Positions 52,101 through 63,421 of a stretch of DNA of 64,000 nt are shown in pieces. Below the pieces are notes generated by a model. That model ran no database searches. It was not told the DNA's origin and was given only the letters and a program-made list of their open reading frames with translations. Made by a program: the position numbers and the translations under genes. Source of the DNA: Phoronis australis (taxonomy: Eukaryota > Animalia > Phoronida). Numbering within the stretch: position 1 is the first letter of the stretch; each line of letters opens with the position of its first letter. Where the stretch lies: positions 310,001 through 374,000 of the forward strand of contig NMRA01000037.1 of assembly GCA_002633005.1 (NCBI GenBank). The letters are read 5' to 3'.

Positions 52101-54906
52101 ATTGGTCTTGCCGACTTAGCCATCCACTGCATAACTCTACAGGAAGTAGATGTCAGCAGCTGTCACAGAGTCACTGAGCGAGCTGTGGAGAACTTTGTTT
52201 CGTCTAGACTCCTACAGGGGGCAGAGCATCCTCTGGAAGTCGTTGTTGGTGGTAAGCATTGAGTTGTGTGTGGTTTCACAAGGCAGAATTCTTGTGAGAG
52301 ATGAACAAGGCCTTTGTAAGGGTATCAGGCAATCGTCCACACAAACCTATGCCCACGGATGACTGAATCACGCACAAAAATGACTGTCACATGCATAAAC
52401 AGCTGAAACTTGTGCATAAATTGTTGAATCCTATGTTTTAATGATTGAATTATGCCCACGATTTACTGAATCATGGACACGAATGACTGTATCACATGAC
52501 TGAATCGTGCGTAAGAATGACTGACATCATCGGCTCACATCACTGAGTCATGTGTTCCAACTGCAACATCATTCGCATCGCAAAAACTTGCTTGCAAACT
52601 GATACGTACAAACTGCAAACACAAAAACAAATCATGCGCAGGAACTTTTAATGAATACCGACAGGTATTGCTGTGCATTCCTGTTTTTTACTGCTGAAAT
52701 TGCCTTACTTTTTCTGTTACTGCAGTTTCACATTTTTGTGGAATAGTCTCTTTCTGGGAGGGGAGTTCAGCATAGTTGTTTGTAATAAGGTTATTTGGAT
52801 CATTGCATGTATGCAACTAGTGCTGTATCAAGTAGGTCAGTGCTGTGCTTAGCTACGTTTCTATAAACAATTGCTATGGTCGGCATAAAATGGCTTTCAT
52901 TTTCCTCCTTCCCAGGCTACAGAACATTTTAAGTGCTCACTTCTAAAGTGTGTAGAGTCCCTTGGCTAAATCTCGTGCTGTGTCCTTGACACATAACTCC
53001 TTCAATACTGCAGTGTACTTAAATCTGTTGAAAGTTATACCTACCACCCTTCAGGTTGATCTTTTCATTTTCACATTTGTTCCAGGAACTTGCATAGAGT
53101 CCTGTGATGAGGACAGGCTCTCCCAGGCCAACATTAAGCTCAACCACAGTGACCTCTGTGTGTATGAATACAAACCAAAGGATTGCTTGCACTTCCAAGG
53201 TAGGCTCAGTGTGCCTCAAAGTTACATTTTAACTTGACTAACAAAAAAATTCTTTCAGAAACGTTACTTTTGTCTTGCTTTTGATTATGGCCTGTTGTAA
53301 TGAGTCATTCGTGAAAATGTATCATTTATTTTTAATAATGATCGAATCATCTTGTCGTGAGGAAATCTTCGTAAATGGTGAGCTTGTGAAACTTGTACAA
53401 TAGATGTCACTCTGGGCATATGTAGTAAATGACACAAAAAAGCCTCGTTTAAAGTGCATCAATAAATCTGACAATTACTCTCTGATGTTGCGTCTGGCCC
53501 CTGGAGCCATTTGTACTGAAACAAAGTGATCGGCCCCAAGCTGTTTACCTTGAAGATGTGGAATATATTGTCACACCTGCGTCAAGTTACTCCATCTAAA
53601 TAGCCACTTGCACTGAGTCACATTGCACTGGGTCACATGGCACTGGGCTCAAGTTGGTCTGGAATGACCCATTGTCTAGACACAACTTTAAGTAGCATAC
53701 TGTTTTAGCATGTAGCAATAACATCACATAGAAATGCATTTACACTTGAATACCATTGTTCTATTTACATTATGTGTTGGTCAGTCTAATCTGTCTTTGG
53801 TTGTACCAAGTATCCAAAGTCACAATCAAACATGAACATTTTCCTTTCAGACTGGTATGCAGATGATAGTGATGATGAAGACCACATAAGCCAAAGTGAG
53901 TCTCATATTTAGAAGGATATACTAAACCTCGGGTTTTACCTATTAACAGATATTTACAACTACTTTCCCCTTGATTTTAGTGATATCAAATCTAGAATTT
54001 TCATGTTGTTGACTTGGACCCTCTTATTAAAAAAATCCTTGATCCGACCCCTTCTGCAAAATCATGGATCTGCCCCTGTTAGAACGCAATGTAACGGAAG
54101 AGTTCAACAAGATTAAACTAGTAGACAATTTTACTTCATCACTATTTGAAAACTGTCTGTAGTACGGCTGTCATCAAGAAAGACACCACGGCATTTTGGC
54201 AGTGCAGTGAGATTTTGAAAAACGTGGCTTAAATCAAGTTGGCATTTTAGTGATGGAACACAGGTTTATATTCAATTACATATTGATTTGACTAACAGAC
54301 GTCAGTACTAGTACTTTACTCAGAGATGATATCACGGTTGGTTTTGGATTGTAGTCCTTGGGACAGAGCATATTCAGAATGCCATTTCGTGTTGTATTTG
54401 TCATGTTGTTATTCAAGCACAGTAATGAAGGTGACCATGCGCTTCGGTTACTTTCACTCAAAATGTCCGTGGTAAGAGTACTGGTGTGTGATTGGAGTTC
54501 ATGGTATAAGTGCCTGAGTGGTCATGGAGTTCCGTTTCCCTGCCCGATGGTGGTAGGTTGTGTTTTGTATTCGGTGGCTAGGTTTCCACTCAAATATGCA
54601 CATGATATTCTGTCGTCATTTCTGAAGTCAATTTGCATTAGTTTCTGTTTTGAATTCTTGAAGCCACTTCCCTATCCATCTTTAGGAGGAAAACTCGTCC
54701 AATGCTAATCATAAATTCCTTTTTGGATGAATGTTTGTCTGATTTTAGACCTCCAGCTGGATGACATGGAGGAAATGTGGAACGCTGCAGGAAATGAAGA
54801 GCAGTATGCCGATTGGTCAGAATCTTATAACAGCAGCTTTGATTGGCAAGAGGCTTGGCTTGAAGCTGGTGATCCTGTATTTGAAGAGTATTGGAACCCT
54901 TCATAA
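39474..54906 (+). CDS. RRM + F-box + leucine-rich-repeat protein (EEED8.10-like architecture), about 817 aa, 18 coding exons
   Basis: Exons: 39474-40124, 40633-40727, 41595-41769, 42174-42291, 42474-42560, 42819-42935, 43626-43723, 44137-44177, 46256-46331, 46957-47010, 47785-47895, 49172-49220, 49695-49818, 50745-50850, 51011-51245, 53086-53199, 53851-53895, 54749-54906. All introns are GT-AG and phase-compatible; total 2454 nt. Motifs: RNP2 VFVGNI, RNP1 KGYGFVSF, F-box IDKLPEDCLRLIFVKLPFKQRIIIERVCKLWR, and cysteine-containing LRRs (LxxLxLxxCxxITD). The start ATG is tentative. Confidence 0.9.
40633..40727 (+). CDS. RRM-F-box-LRR exon 2 (RRM)
   Basis: VNKEQLSEFFSKFGTVNFCQIVTERAKNRSKG|gtgagt. 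Confidence 0.92.
41150..41281. repeat. 13-bp minisatellite (gtgtaattggcta), about 10 copies
   Basis: Direct reading; alternating tt/tg variants. Confidence 0.95.
41595..41769 (+). CDS. RRM-F-box-LRR exon 3 (RNP1 and end of RRM)
   Basis: YGFVSFVSIEDRKRALEASADDLILDGRVVRVHPAEQK...; the donor at 41770 (TCA|gtaacg) is less certain. Confidence 0.85.
42174..42560 (+). CDS. RRM-F-box-LRR exons 4-5 (42174-42291, 42474-42560): F-box
   Basis: CFIDKLPEDCLRLIFVKLPFKQRIIIER|VCKLWRRVAMSTWSSLETLHF. Confidence 0.92.
42819..47895 (+). CDS. RRM-F-box-LRR exons 6-11 (42819-42935, 43626-43723, 44137-44177, 46256-46331, 46957-47010, 47785-47895): LRRs
   Basis: GCRNLKNLDVSHSSRLLTD; NCPHIRCLNLSNVMVTN; CPELEKITLKACLDVGEKGLWWLFHKCKLLKYLDLSHLKKLSGKCF; GLVELQINECLRITSRGL. 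Confidence 0.88.
49172..51245 (+). CDS. RRM-F-box-LRR exons 12-15 (49172-49220, 49695-49818, 50745-50850, 51011-51245): LRRs
   Basis: LPNLTELHLRRNPGVTDEVL; CHLLRKLDISACSSSITDEGV; LEVLEMRGCALVTDIGL; TLQEVDVSSCHRVTE. Confidence 0.9.
49930..50275 (+). repeat. Dispersed repeat, possibly a non-autonomous Helentron/HINE-like element; related fragment at 48555-48660
   Basis: Shared ctgctgtatctc and gtgccccctattgg.agtttt blocks. The family assignment is an inference. Confidence 0.4.
51590..52020. mobile_element. Probable polymorphic insertion present in only one of the two duplicated copies
   Basis: Copy 1 diverges abruptly from copy 2 after aaaaacttgcttgc into unrelated CpG-rich sequence that runs to the N. 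Confidence 0.5.
52022..52595 (+). repeat. Near-identical duplicate of 51016-51589 (exon 15 plus intron), probably the second haplotype
   Basis: Begins right after a single N at 52021; constant offset of 1006 bp; scattered substitutions. Confidence 0.85.
53086..54906 (+). CDS. RRM-F-box-LRR exons 16-18 (53086-53199, 53851-53895, 54749-54906): acidic, Trp-rich C-terminal tail
   Basis: GTCIESCDED...; DWYADDSDDEDHISQ; NLQLDDMEEMWNAAGNEEQYADWSESYNSSFDWQEAWLEAGDPVFEEYWNPS*; phases are consistent. Confidence 0.82.
53965..54078 (-). mobile_element. Second copy of the 6567-6696 MITE family
   Basis: ttgattttagtgatatcaaatctagaattttca...ttgttgacttggaccc...ggatctgcccctg is a reverse-complement match to 6567-6650. 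Confidence 0.7.
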
Positions 54907-55147
54907 CCAAGGGACTGTACACTTGTGGTGTCATCATTTAGTTATCAGTTCTTAATATTTTATTTTTTCACAAGTGCTGGTTTAATATACATTTCCATAT
55001 TATACTGGATTGAGATTTCCTGCTCTATGACACCTAGGAGTTAAAATAAAACAAGTTGGGGGTCCGGAAAAAGAGACAAAACAATATTTTATTTTGTTAT
55101 TAGTAAAAATCCAGCAACAATAACAACAATTAAAACATACAAAATCA

Positions 55148-55216
55148 ACAAGATTGTTCGTCACAAGATTGTTCGTCACAAGATTGTTCGTCGCAAGATT
55201 GTTCGTCACAAGATTG
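55148..55216. repeat. 15-bp minisatellite (acaagattgttcgtc), about 4.5 copies
   Basis: Direct reading. Confidence 0.95.
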
Positions 55217-55926
55217 GCACACAGCTACACACTATCAATCAATCCGAGTCAGTTAAGCCTATGAAGGACCCTAGGAAATGTCCAATTTTAGCCAGCTTTG
55301 GAACGTCATATCACAGAAAAGGCCGATTGAATTTACGCGAAACTTTCAGATGCTATGCTTGGTGCATTGTTCCCCAAAACACTGCTGGAAATTGTTTTTA
55401 AAACGTTCCACTTTTGCATGAGGGGCTATCAAAAATAGGACTTCAATGATTTTCACGAACAAAACGTGTTAAGTTCCATAGAATGAAAACGAAATGATAA
55501 TTTAGAAAACAGTAACTGCATTTTTGATACTTTATCTTATGAACTTATCCAAAATTTACTGATTCTACTGTTTTGCTATGACTTTCCTTTGGACAAAACT
55601 TTCCTAAAAAAGCAAGTTTTGTGGATATATACCTAAATGCACAGACTTGTCCATAACGTCCTTCATAACCACAGAGCACCACAGTTAAAAAGAAGTTAAA
55701 AACAAATTAAAGGGGAACATTACCTGTATGAAAGCGTTACGGGTCAATTTGGTATAATAATTAATAGAAAAAACATTTTGCACCTGTTCTATAAACATAT
55801 TAAAGAAATTCTACAAACCATGAGTGTGGCGACATGAGGAAGTTCACAAAACGTCAGCAGGTCTAAGTAAGGTGTGTTCTCTCACCTTTACGTTCTGATG
55901 GATTGGAATTTATTTTTCCTACAAGG

Positions 55927-56171
55927 TATGGTAAAATCTCACAAATTTCGGACAAAAATTGTTGCCAAAATTCCTCGTTTTCATTTTTCAAGGTCGTCTA
56001 GCATTGTAGTGAATGCCCTCAATCTGCAAATATTTTCTGACGGTAGCTATGGAAACAGAACTCAGACATGGTAAAGCATTAATTTGAGGCTACACATCTT
56101 TTATGAAAAAAATGAGAAAATAAAAGTCATATGTCCGCCATATTGTGCCCTAAATTAGCTAGATTTAACCA
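55927..56171 (+). mobile_element. Diverged copy of the 18338 MITE family
   Basis: tatggtaaaatctcacaaatttcggacaaaaattgttgccaaaatt...tgtccgccat is colinear with 18338-18586. Confidence 0.75.
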
Positions 56172-56355
56172 CTTATGAAATTTTTTCGAAAGGGTACATG
56201 GAAAGTTAGATGTGTTGATTATCTACAAGGGGTTATTTATTCAAGACGATTATTTTCAAACTGGTGTTGGAGTACTTATTCAAGAATCCTTTTTTGTGAC
56301 AAATTCCAGCGGACTAACAGAGTGTGACTGAGCTGACAAATTCCGGCATGCACCT

Positions 56356-59024
56356 TCATTCTCGCCTTGTGTGGTGCACTATCTTGTGTTCCATTACCTC
56401 ACTGATATGGTACATCTTACGCACAGTATTGTTCATCATGAAGTCTACACTGTTGTCTATTGGCTTGACTATGAAAGGTATGGCTGCTAACCCAACAGCA
56501 GTGACTAGGTATTTCTTGTTGACGGATGGTATAGACAACAGAACTTTGGAGAGGATGCGGGTTGACAGATAACACAGTCTGTTGATAGTGAAGCCTGGAA
56601 TGGCGACAGAAGCCAGACCTTGCCAAATAACAGTATCCATCACTGCCTGACTTATCTTTTGACGTCTTTGGTTCTTCGTGGGCCATGAGTACTGAAAAAT
56701 GACGACAACTATTTAGGAACATAATATACAACATTAAGATGCTACTTAAAGACACATACAGAGTTAGAAAACATTTACTATAGTGAAATTACAAGTTATT
56801 GTTACGATATCTGTCGCCAGGTGGCACTAGTCACTTCTTCATTAAAAGTTCACTAGTTTTACTCTTGGCAAAGCTCCACTTCATGCACTAACTGTCGACT
56901 TGAAACAGGTCTTTTAAAAGTACAACGACTCTGCCTCTATCATGCTTACAAGTCACTTAATAGTGAAGAAAAGATGAATGACATGTCTAGTAGATGGCAG
57001 CACTAATTATTTTACAAATAGCACTAATATAATTAATTGTTATTTTGAACAGCTGTGTCTCGTTCCTAAAAAACAACTTCTGACCTGAAAGTAAATGTAA
57101 AAAAGTATCATAGATCAGAGTTAGCACTTTCAACAAATATATCTCTTTCTGTTCCAAAAATTGGATGCCTAGAATAAAACGGAATTCATCTTTATTCTAG
57201 TACAACACGAAGGACATGTACGCTTGTCTATACTTAAAATTCTAAATCTGATCTAAACACTAAGCAAGTGCACAGGAACCCAACACGCAATACCATGGTG
57301 AAGAAAGAGCTGCTACCAAGAAAACAAAGCCACATGTTGTTAAAGCCTTGTACAGAGACAAGGTAAGGATAAAACAGTGTCACGCTCAAACCGGATAACC
57401 AAGTTTGAGTAATGGAGTTGCAGAAACTGTGAATGAACTGCAACAGTTTTATAATAAAATTTGGAATGATAACTAAACATCCTATCTAGAAACCTGTGAA
57501 CTCCTGTCCAGAGGTTTTTTTAATTGGCTGTTTTTTAAGACGGTACTGATTACACAAAAGTGTGAAATTGAATAAGAATTTCATTGTCATCCATGCAAAT
57601 ATACCCATAGATGGTGCTTTGATCAGTTTGATAAACTCATCCTAAATCTAAGTCATTTCAGTGTTAATACAATCATGTTTTGAGCGCGTAAATAAAACAT
57701 ACTTTTCCTGCAAGAGCCCCCTTGTGTACTGCATCAGCGATGACGTAACCACAGGCGACAGCATAACTCAGGCGCACTACATTTACCGGCAGGATGGCCC
57801 TGAAGGCTTCCCCTACTTCATTGGCATAACCTAGAAAACAATTTGGAGTGATGAGACCCTGTACACACTCGGTTTGAGATACAACATTGTGGATAAAGGA
57901 GATTTTAATTTGTCAATTTTTCAGCAAAACAATCCTTGATGAAGTTTTCTTTTAATTTCCTGACAACATGGTTTGTGCAACATAGCTTCCATCAAATAAC
58001 TTCGATAAATTCTTTAGTATGTTGTAAAGTACAATCGCGTGTGGATTTTTAGTGATGCCGGTTGCAACTTTTTATTGGATGCCATTCTCTCTACTCAAAT
58101 GCACGAAACATAAAATAGAAGCTTTATTCAATTGAACTACAAATCAGTCCAAACTTAAAAACTTTATTCAAAGTGATTGGATGCCTAAAGACGTTGGCCC
58201 CCCTTCTGCACACTACTGGTTAAGTATAGGGTTAATTACCTTTGAAAAAAGTGTCAAATTTTAGCAATTGTTTTTGGCTCCCATTGAACCTCCAAACTTA
58301 AAGGAACCTCATCTGGTTACTATGGTGACTGAGATTATGTAGTCTTGGCATGAAAATTTAGTAATATTAGGAATTCAGGTTTTTGCCAATTTGTCTATAG
58401 TAGGCCTACCGTAATCCTGAAGGAGAAGGTAATTTCAAGACAGCAGCCAATTGAAATTAGACAAGTGACAAGAGGATTCAGAAAATAGTAGTATCAAGTA
58501 TGTACGGTACTACGAGTCGGATTGTAAACAATAACCAATAACTATTACCGGTTAAATTTTGCACCGAGTCACCCTCCACCTGTTCAATGTACAAGTTTGC
58601 ACCAAGGCTTGCAAACAACACACTAACTGAATGGAATGAAAATGTAAATTCTATCAACTTTGACTTTTTCAACTAATTACTTTGGCGCTCTTACTCACAG
58701 TCACAGGTCGGTAACGGTTAATCCACAAGTTCCGATTACAGGAAAAAACGGGTGATTGTAGGGTCAACTGTTTATATATGTAACAACCAAGTTTCACTTG
58801 AATCAAGTCTTGCTTAGGCCTTAGTTAGGCTTATAGTTATACGCTGTCGATATACTTTATTTAAATTTTTATAGCTGACAAATTTCAACTGCACATGCAC
58901 ACTCGTTCTTACGACTGCGCATTGTACAAAGTCCAGATCTAAGCCAGTCCAATGCCACTTACGAACCTAAGTATCTCACTGGAGTATCTCTAAAGACGTC
59001 TTCGTCATTGCCAACGGAACCCAT
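56356..59024 (-). CDS. MTFP1: Mitochondrial fission process protein 1 (MTP18), 173 aa, 3 exons
   Basis: Exons 58967-59024 (MGSVGNDEDVFRDTPVRYL), 57703-57830 (GYANEVGEAFRAILPVNVVRLSYAVACGYVIADAVHKG) and 56356-56691 (DTVIWQGLASVAIPGFTINRLC...GLAAIPFIVKPIDNSVDF). These are diagnostic MTP18 motifs; introns are GT-AG. Confidence 0.96.
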
Positions 59025-59844
59025 GAAAATTTAGGAATCCGAGCCAATGACGAATTAGGTTTCGTATCGGTCCTCTTCTGGAAGCACGATTTTGAAACCT
59101 TGTAGAGGGCGCTGCTTGCTATTGTAGCCAATGTCAAGGTCATGTAAACAAAGGCTCTGGATTTCAAATTATTTGCCTGACGCGTCACCCTGTGGACTTC
59201 TCGACTCCAGACTGAGCATAACGAAATGTGAGCATCACGTTAAGATCTAGCATTGTCTCAGCGGTTGATTTTGAAGAGCTTGGTTGCCTTACCCTTAGAT
59301 TTAGGACTCTGGCTGCGAGTGCCACGAGCCAGTGAGAGCGGCTCACAGTCCACTGGACCCGGCCACCCCGCCGGCCCGAAACGTCCGAGTCCGCCGGGCA
59401 CTCCGCGGCCAAACACCCCTGATAGTAGNGAAAATTTAGGAATCCGAGCCAATGACGAATTTGGTTTCGTATCGGTCCTCTTCTGGAAGCACGATTTTGA
59501 AACCTTGTAGAGGGCGCTGCTCGCTATTGTAGCCAATGTCAAGGTCATGTAAACAAAGGCTCTGGATTTCAAATTATTTGCCTCATTGACGCGTCACCCT
59601 GTGGACTTCTCGACTCCAGACTGAGCATAACGAAATGTGAGCATCACGTTAGGATCTAGCATTGTCTCAGCGGTTGATTTTGAAGAGCTCGGTTGCCTTA
59701 CCCTTAGATTTAGGAGTCTGGCTGCGAGTGCCACGAGCCAGTGAGAGCGGCTCACACTCACAGTCCACTGGACCCGGCCACCCCGCCGGCGGCCTGAAAC
59801 GTCCCGGAGTCCGGCACTCCGCGGCCAAACACCCCTGATAGTAG
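59025..59844. repeat. Tandem near-identical duplication (59025-59428 and 59430-59844) of the MTFP1 upstream region, probably uncollapsed haplotypes
   Basis: The copies are separated by a single N at 59429 and differ by substitutions and small indels (e.g. gcctgacg vs gcctcattgacg; ctcacag vs ctcacactcacag). Confidence 0.85.
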
Positions 59845-61767
59845 TCAATAAGCTGTAATTAGCTGTGTGATTGAAGAAAAAGTGGTTCCATATAGTGTAG
59901 AATGCAAATGTGCTTATAATTTTTAAGCCTGAAAATCAGTAGATCTACCCAGCCCGGCGGGTCGACGCTCGGGCTGGGCTCAGTGGATCAGTCACGGCCG
60001 AATCTGACAGCGTTTTCCCGTTCAGTCACTTCAGCAGACGAAGGGGGTTCTGAGCGTACACCTAACTTTTTCGTTAACTGCCAAGCACACTCTTTGTCTG
60101 TTAGGACAACAGGCACGCCAATTATCTACCAGGCTTCAGTATTACAGACCACCTGTGTGAATATCGTCAAACTCAGTGTCAGTGGTACCGGCGTTAGGAA
60201 CGAACAGATTATCGTAACTTCTGTTGCAGTTGGGCGATTTTGGCGATTCAAAAACTAAAAATGATCATTATTTGACGAGGATTTCAGAAATTCTATTGGT
60301 TTATGTTCAAATATGTTATAACTTAACTTTTATTTTTAACAACACAGCCCAGTCAGCCGGCTATAGATACGATCTTATAATATTGAAGACTTAGAGCAAT
60401 TATCGAACAAAAGAGAGCTGGCCCTCTAACCAAGAGTGCCAGAATGGAGTTAATCAGTCGTGTAAGATATTGGCTACAGGGGTAAACTTCCCAACTTGTT
60501 CCAGTCGGCTATAGAATCGAAAAAGTTGGGAGCAACGGGAAAACGCCGTAATGCCGGGGCGCGTCGGTCCGACAGCGCATCATGGGGTCTTGGTTGACCC
60601 GTGACACAGTACAGGCCGTGCTCATTGCATATATGTACAGCGACACGCTACTTATCAAGGGGTGCTACCACAGACACGGGCCGGGAACTTGTACGTGCAC
60701 TGCCGCTGCAGCTCGACTGATCCGTCTGAGTGGCTTACAGTCGGGCGGACGCGGCCCCGCGGCGGCACCGATCGACTCCTACTCAGTGCCATGCAAGATC
60801 GGGCCGGCCGTGCCCACAGCCGCACCGACCACCTCAGTGGCTGGGCGCCCACGCCAGACGCAGGCCGGCGCTGCAACACCGCGCAGTACCCGGTTCGAAC
60901 ACGGACTGGCGACCATCTAGCTCTCTCGGGAGAGCTAATAAGAGATCGATGGTTAATGACTTTCACCGCGGCTCGTCCGTGCACCGTGACCGACGCAGAT
61001 CGGATAGGGACAAGAAGCTCGGCGCGACGTTGTCGGTGGCTTGCTGCTAAAAAAATTCGTTTTTTGGGACCGGGGATCACGTGCACTCCCATCCAGTAAA
61101 ATGGGGGGGAATTTTTGAGAATGTGGACCTTTTACTGAAAAAAAAAACTAATAAAAACGGCGTACGCTCAGTGCTATCGAATTGTGCATTCGCTTTTAAT
61201 GGACTTTGGCGGACCTCTTTGTCCACTTCTAACCCAAACCACTGTGGGTGCGCGCACGGGGATGCTTGCGACACGCGGGGGCTAATTACCGCTTCGTTAC
61301 TACCTACTAGATCATGACATGAGCTAGTCGCCAATCTCATTCGGAGCGTCCTCACCGCAGGCAGGCTGCCCAGCGGTACCCAGCTCAGTGCCCACAGTCC
61401 GGCGCTGCATGTATAATAATAATAAGTGGTGCGGGAGCCAGGTCGGAGGTGCACCCGGCCGCCGCGACGGACCGGCTACCGCGTCCTCTGACGTAACGCA
61501 GGCAACCCGCTAGCCGTCTGGCTAAACGGTGCTCAAAATTTCTCAGGCCGGAGTGCTGGCCGGTTAGCGGTATCGTTCGTGTTCTCGGTTCCGAGGAGTG
61601 CTAGGCCAAAAACTGTAGTTCACAATGGAGTCGTATCTTTTGCGTTTCTGTTATTTACTAGTGCACATATGTATGCATAGTATTTCACACACCCAACCGT
61701 GATCAGCTAAGTGTTCAGAATAATATATGAACTGAAAATATATTTTTTTGTTTCATGAGGTCATTTA

Positions 61768-61935
61768 ATGGCCACCGAAAAACAAGCTGTTGCGTTTGAA
61801 GTCGCCGTCGACGATGGCCTTGTACAGAGTCGGAAGCGAAAAATTCCCAGTAGGTTCCAGGAGAAAAAGACGAAAACAGTGTACACCATAGAGCATATCG
61901 ATCAAAAGCTTCAACTCGCTGCAGAAAGAAAAAAG
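61768..61935 (+). CDS. Stathmin-domain protein (STMND1-like), 5' coding exon; the gene probably continues beyond the window
   Basis: MATEKQAVAFEVAVDDG...IPSRFQEKK...TIEHIDQKLQLAAERKK|gtaatg matches the stathmin-family pattern AFE...L/I-E-x-I-x-x-KL-x-x-A-x-ER-R/K-K. Confidence 0.7.
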
Positions 61936-62721
61936 GTAATGCCTGATTCTGGCGTGGTCAAGTGTAAACTTGATGTTGATTTAATTACGCTTCCTACCTG
62001 ATAGATGTCGCTGCGCCTCTAAGTCGAGTACGGTTACAACGGACTATCTCTTGTTTGTCTCTGTACAGACCCTTCTGCGCTTTCTGTGTAAGTTTAGACC
62101 ACGCATCACTGCTAACTTGTTTTTACGCCAGTGGACTGGACTGTAGATGTGAGATCAGGTGTGAACAGATAGCTGTAGTTGCAGCTAAGTTGGAAAAATG
62201 CTACTAAACGAACTTGTTCTTTTTAACAGAATTCATGTTAAATATTTGTATCCCCGGCTATGTGACTTGTGAAAATATTAGAAAGTTTAGCCTCACAGTG
62301 TAACACGAATCTCCGATATTTATCGGTCATATCCTGTATGTGATGAAGAGCAGTTTTCTCCACTGAACAACAGGCATCAAAATAAAGGGTATTAAATCCG
62401 TGACGCTTGTAAGGAGACTATTAACTCATTACCTAAAGCACGTACTGCCTATGCTCTCCTACCAGTCGTATACGACTTCGTATACCACGATGACCGGAGT
62501 GTGATAGTCGGTGGTTTACTGAGTGGATCGAACATTGAAGTAAAATCGGACGTGCTCTGTTTCAATCGACGAGTCGTATTTTATTTTTAGCTCCAAAAGT
62601 CGATTCGGAGCTTGTCACGCTTCGAGTACGTCGAATACGAAAATATCTGAGTCGGTAATGTTGACAGGGCACTCCATAATATTTCCATGAACACTCAATG
62701 TCATAATGCTCGTATTTGTAT

Positions 62722-62724
62722 GCA

Positions 62725-62773
<49 letters not shown>
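62722..62773. repeat. Compound microsatellite (GCAC)n(AC)n(AT)n
   Basis: Direct reading. Confidence 0.97.
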
Positions 62774-63421
62774 CCGGAATTTTACCTTCCGTTTTATTAT
62801 TCTCAACTATTTAGCTCCGTCGTGGAACGTAGTAAAGAATCTTGCGAACGTTATAGTCTCGCGTAATACGCTTAGGCGTACCGCATGTACGTATTTTTAC
62901 TTTGTAACTTAATTTTAAACACTTACCTACCTGGTAATCCTTTTTTGTCGAAAACTGTTCGCATTGTCACTTGTTTTATTGGGAAGGTTAATTAAATGAT
63001 TTATGTTATTCAAACATTTCTTTAAATTCTTTTCTTTTCTAACATTTTACGTTATTCATGACTGCTTGACTTGTAACGTTATAGTTTTGTTCATTCTTAA
63101 TTAACCCGGCAGTGATGAACTAAGTAAGCTACAGCTTAGATCCCCGCGTAAAATAGGGGCTCCTTTTCGATCTTTGTTGGGAGGCACAGAACGATTTGGG
63201 GCGATAATCGTGACCACCGGGGTCAGCCCGAAAAGAGCCACGACTACGAGGGGAAAAACTGTGGGTAAACTTGACCGGACGAGGAGAGTGGTGACCGGGA
63301 GGGGGCAGCTTGAAAACAACGGGTTACCGGGAAGGGGCAATATTGTGGCGACCGGGTCACCCACTTTTATAGATTGGGGCTCCCTAGTAACCTTAATAAG
63401 GCAAATTTGCAAGTTAGTCAC

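Noticed and set aside
60582-61454. Overlapping ORFs of 100-145 aa on both strands
   Set aside because: Expected from high GC content; no recognisable domains or convincing splice structure.
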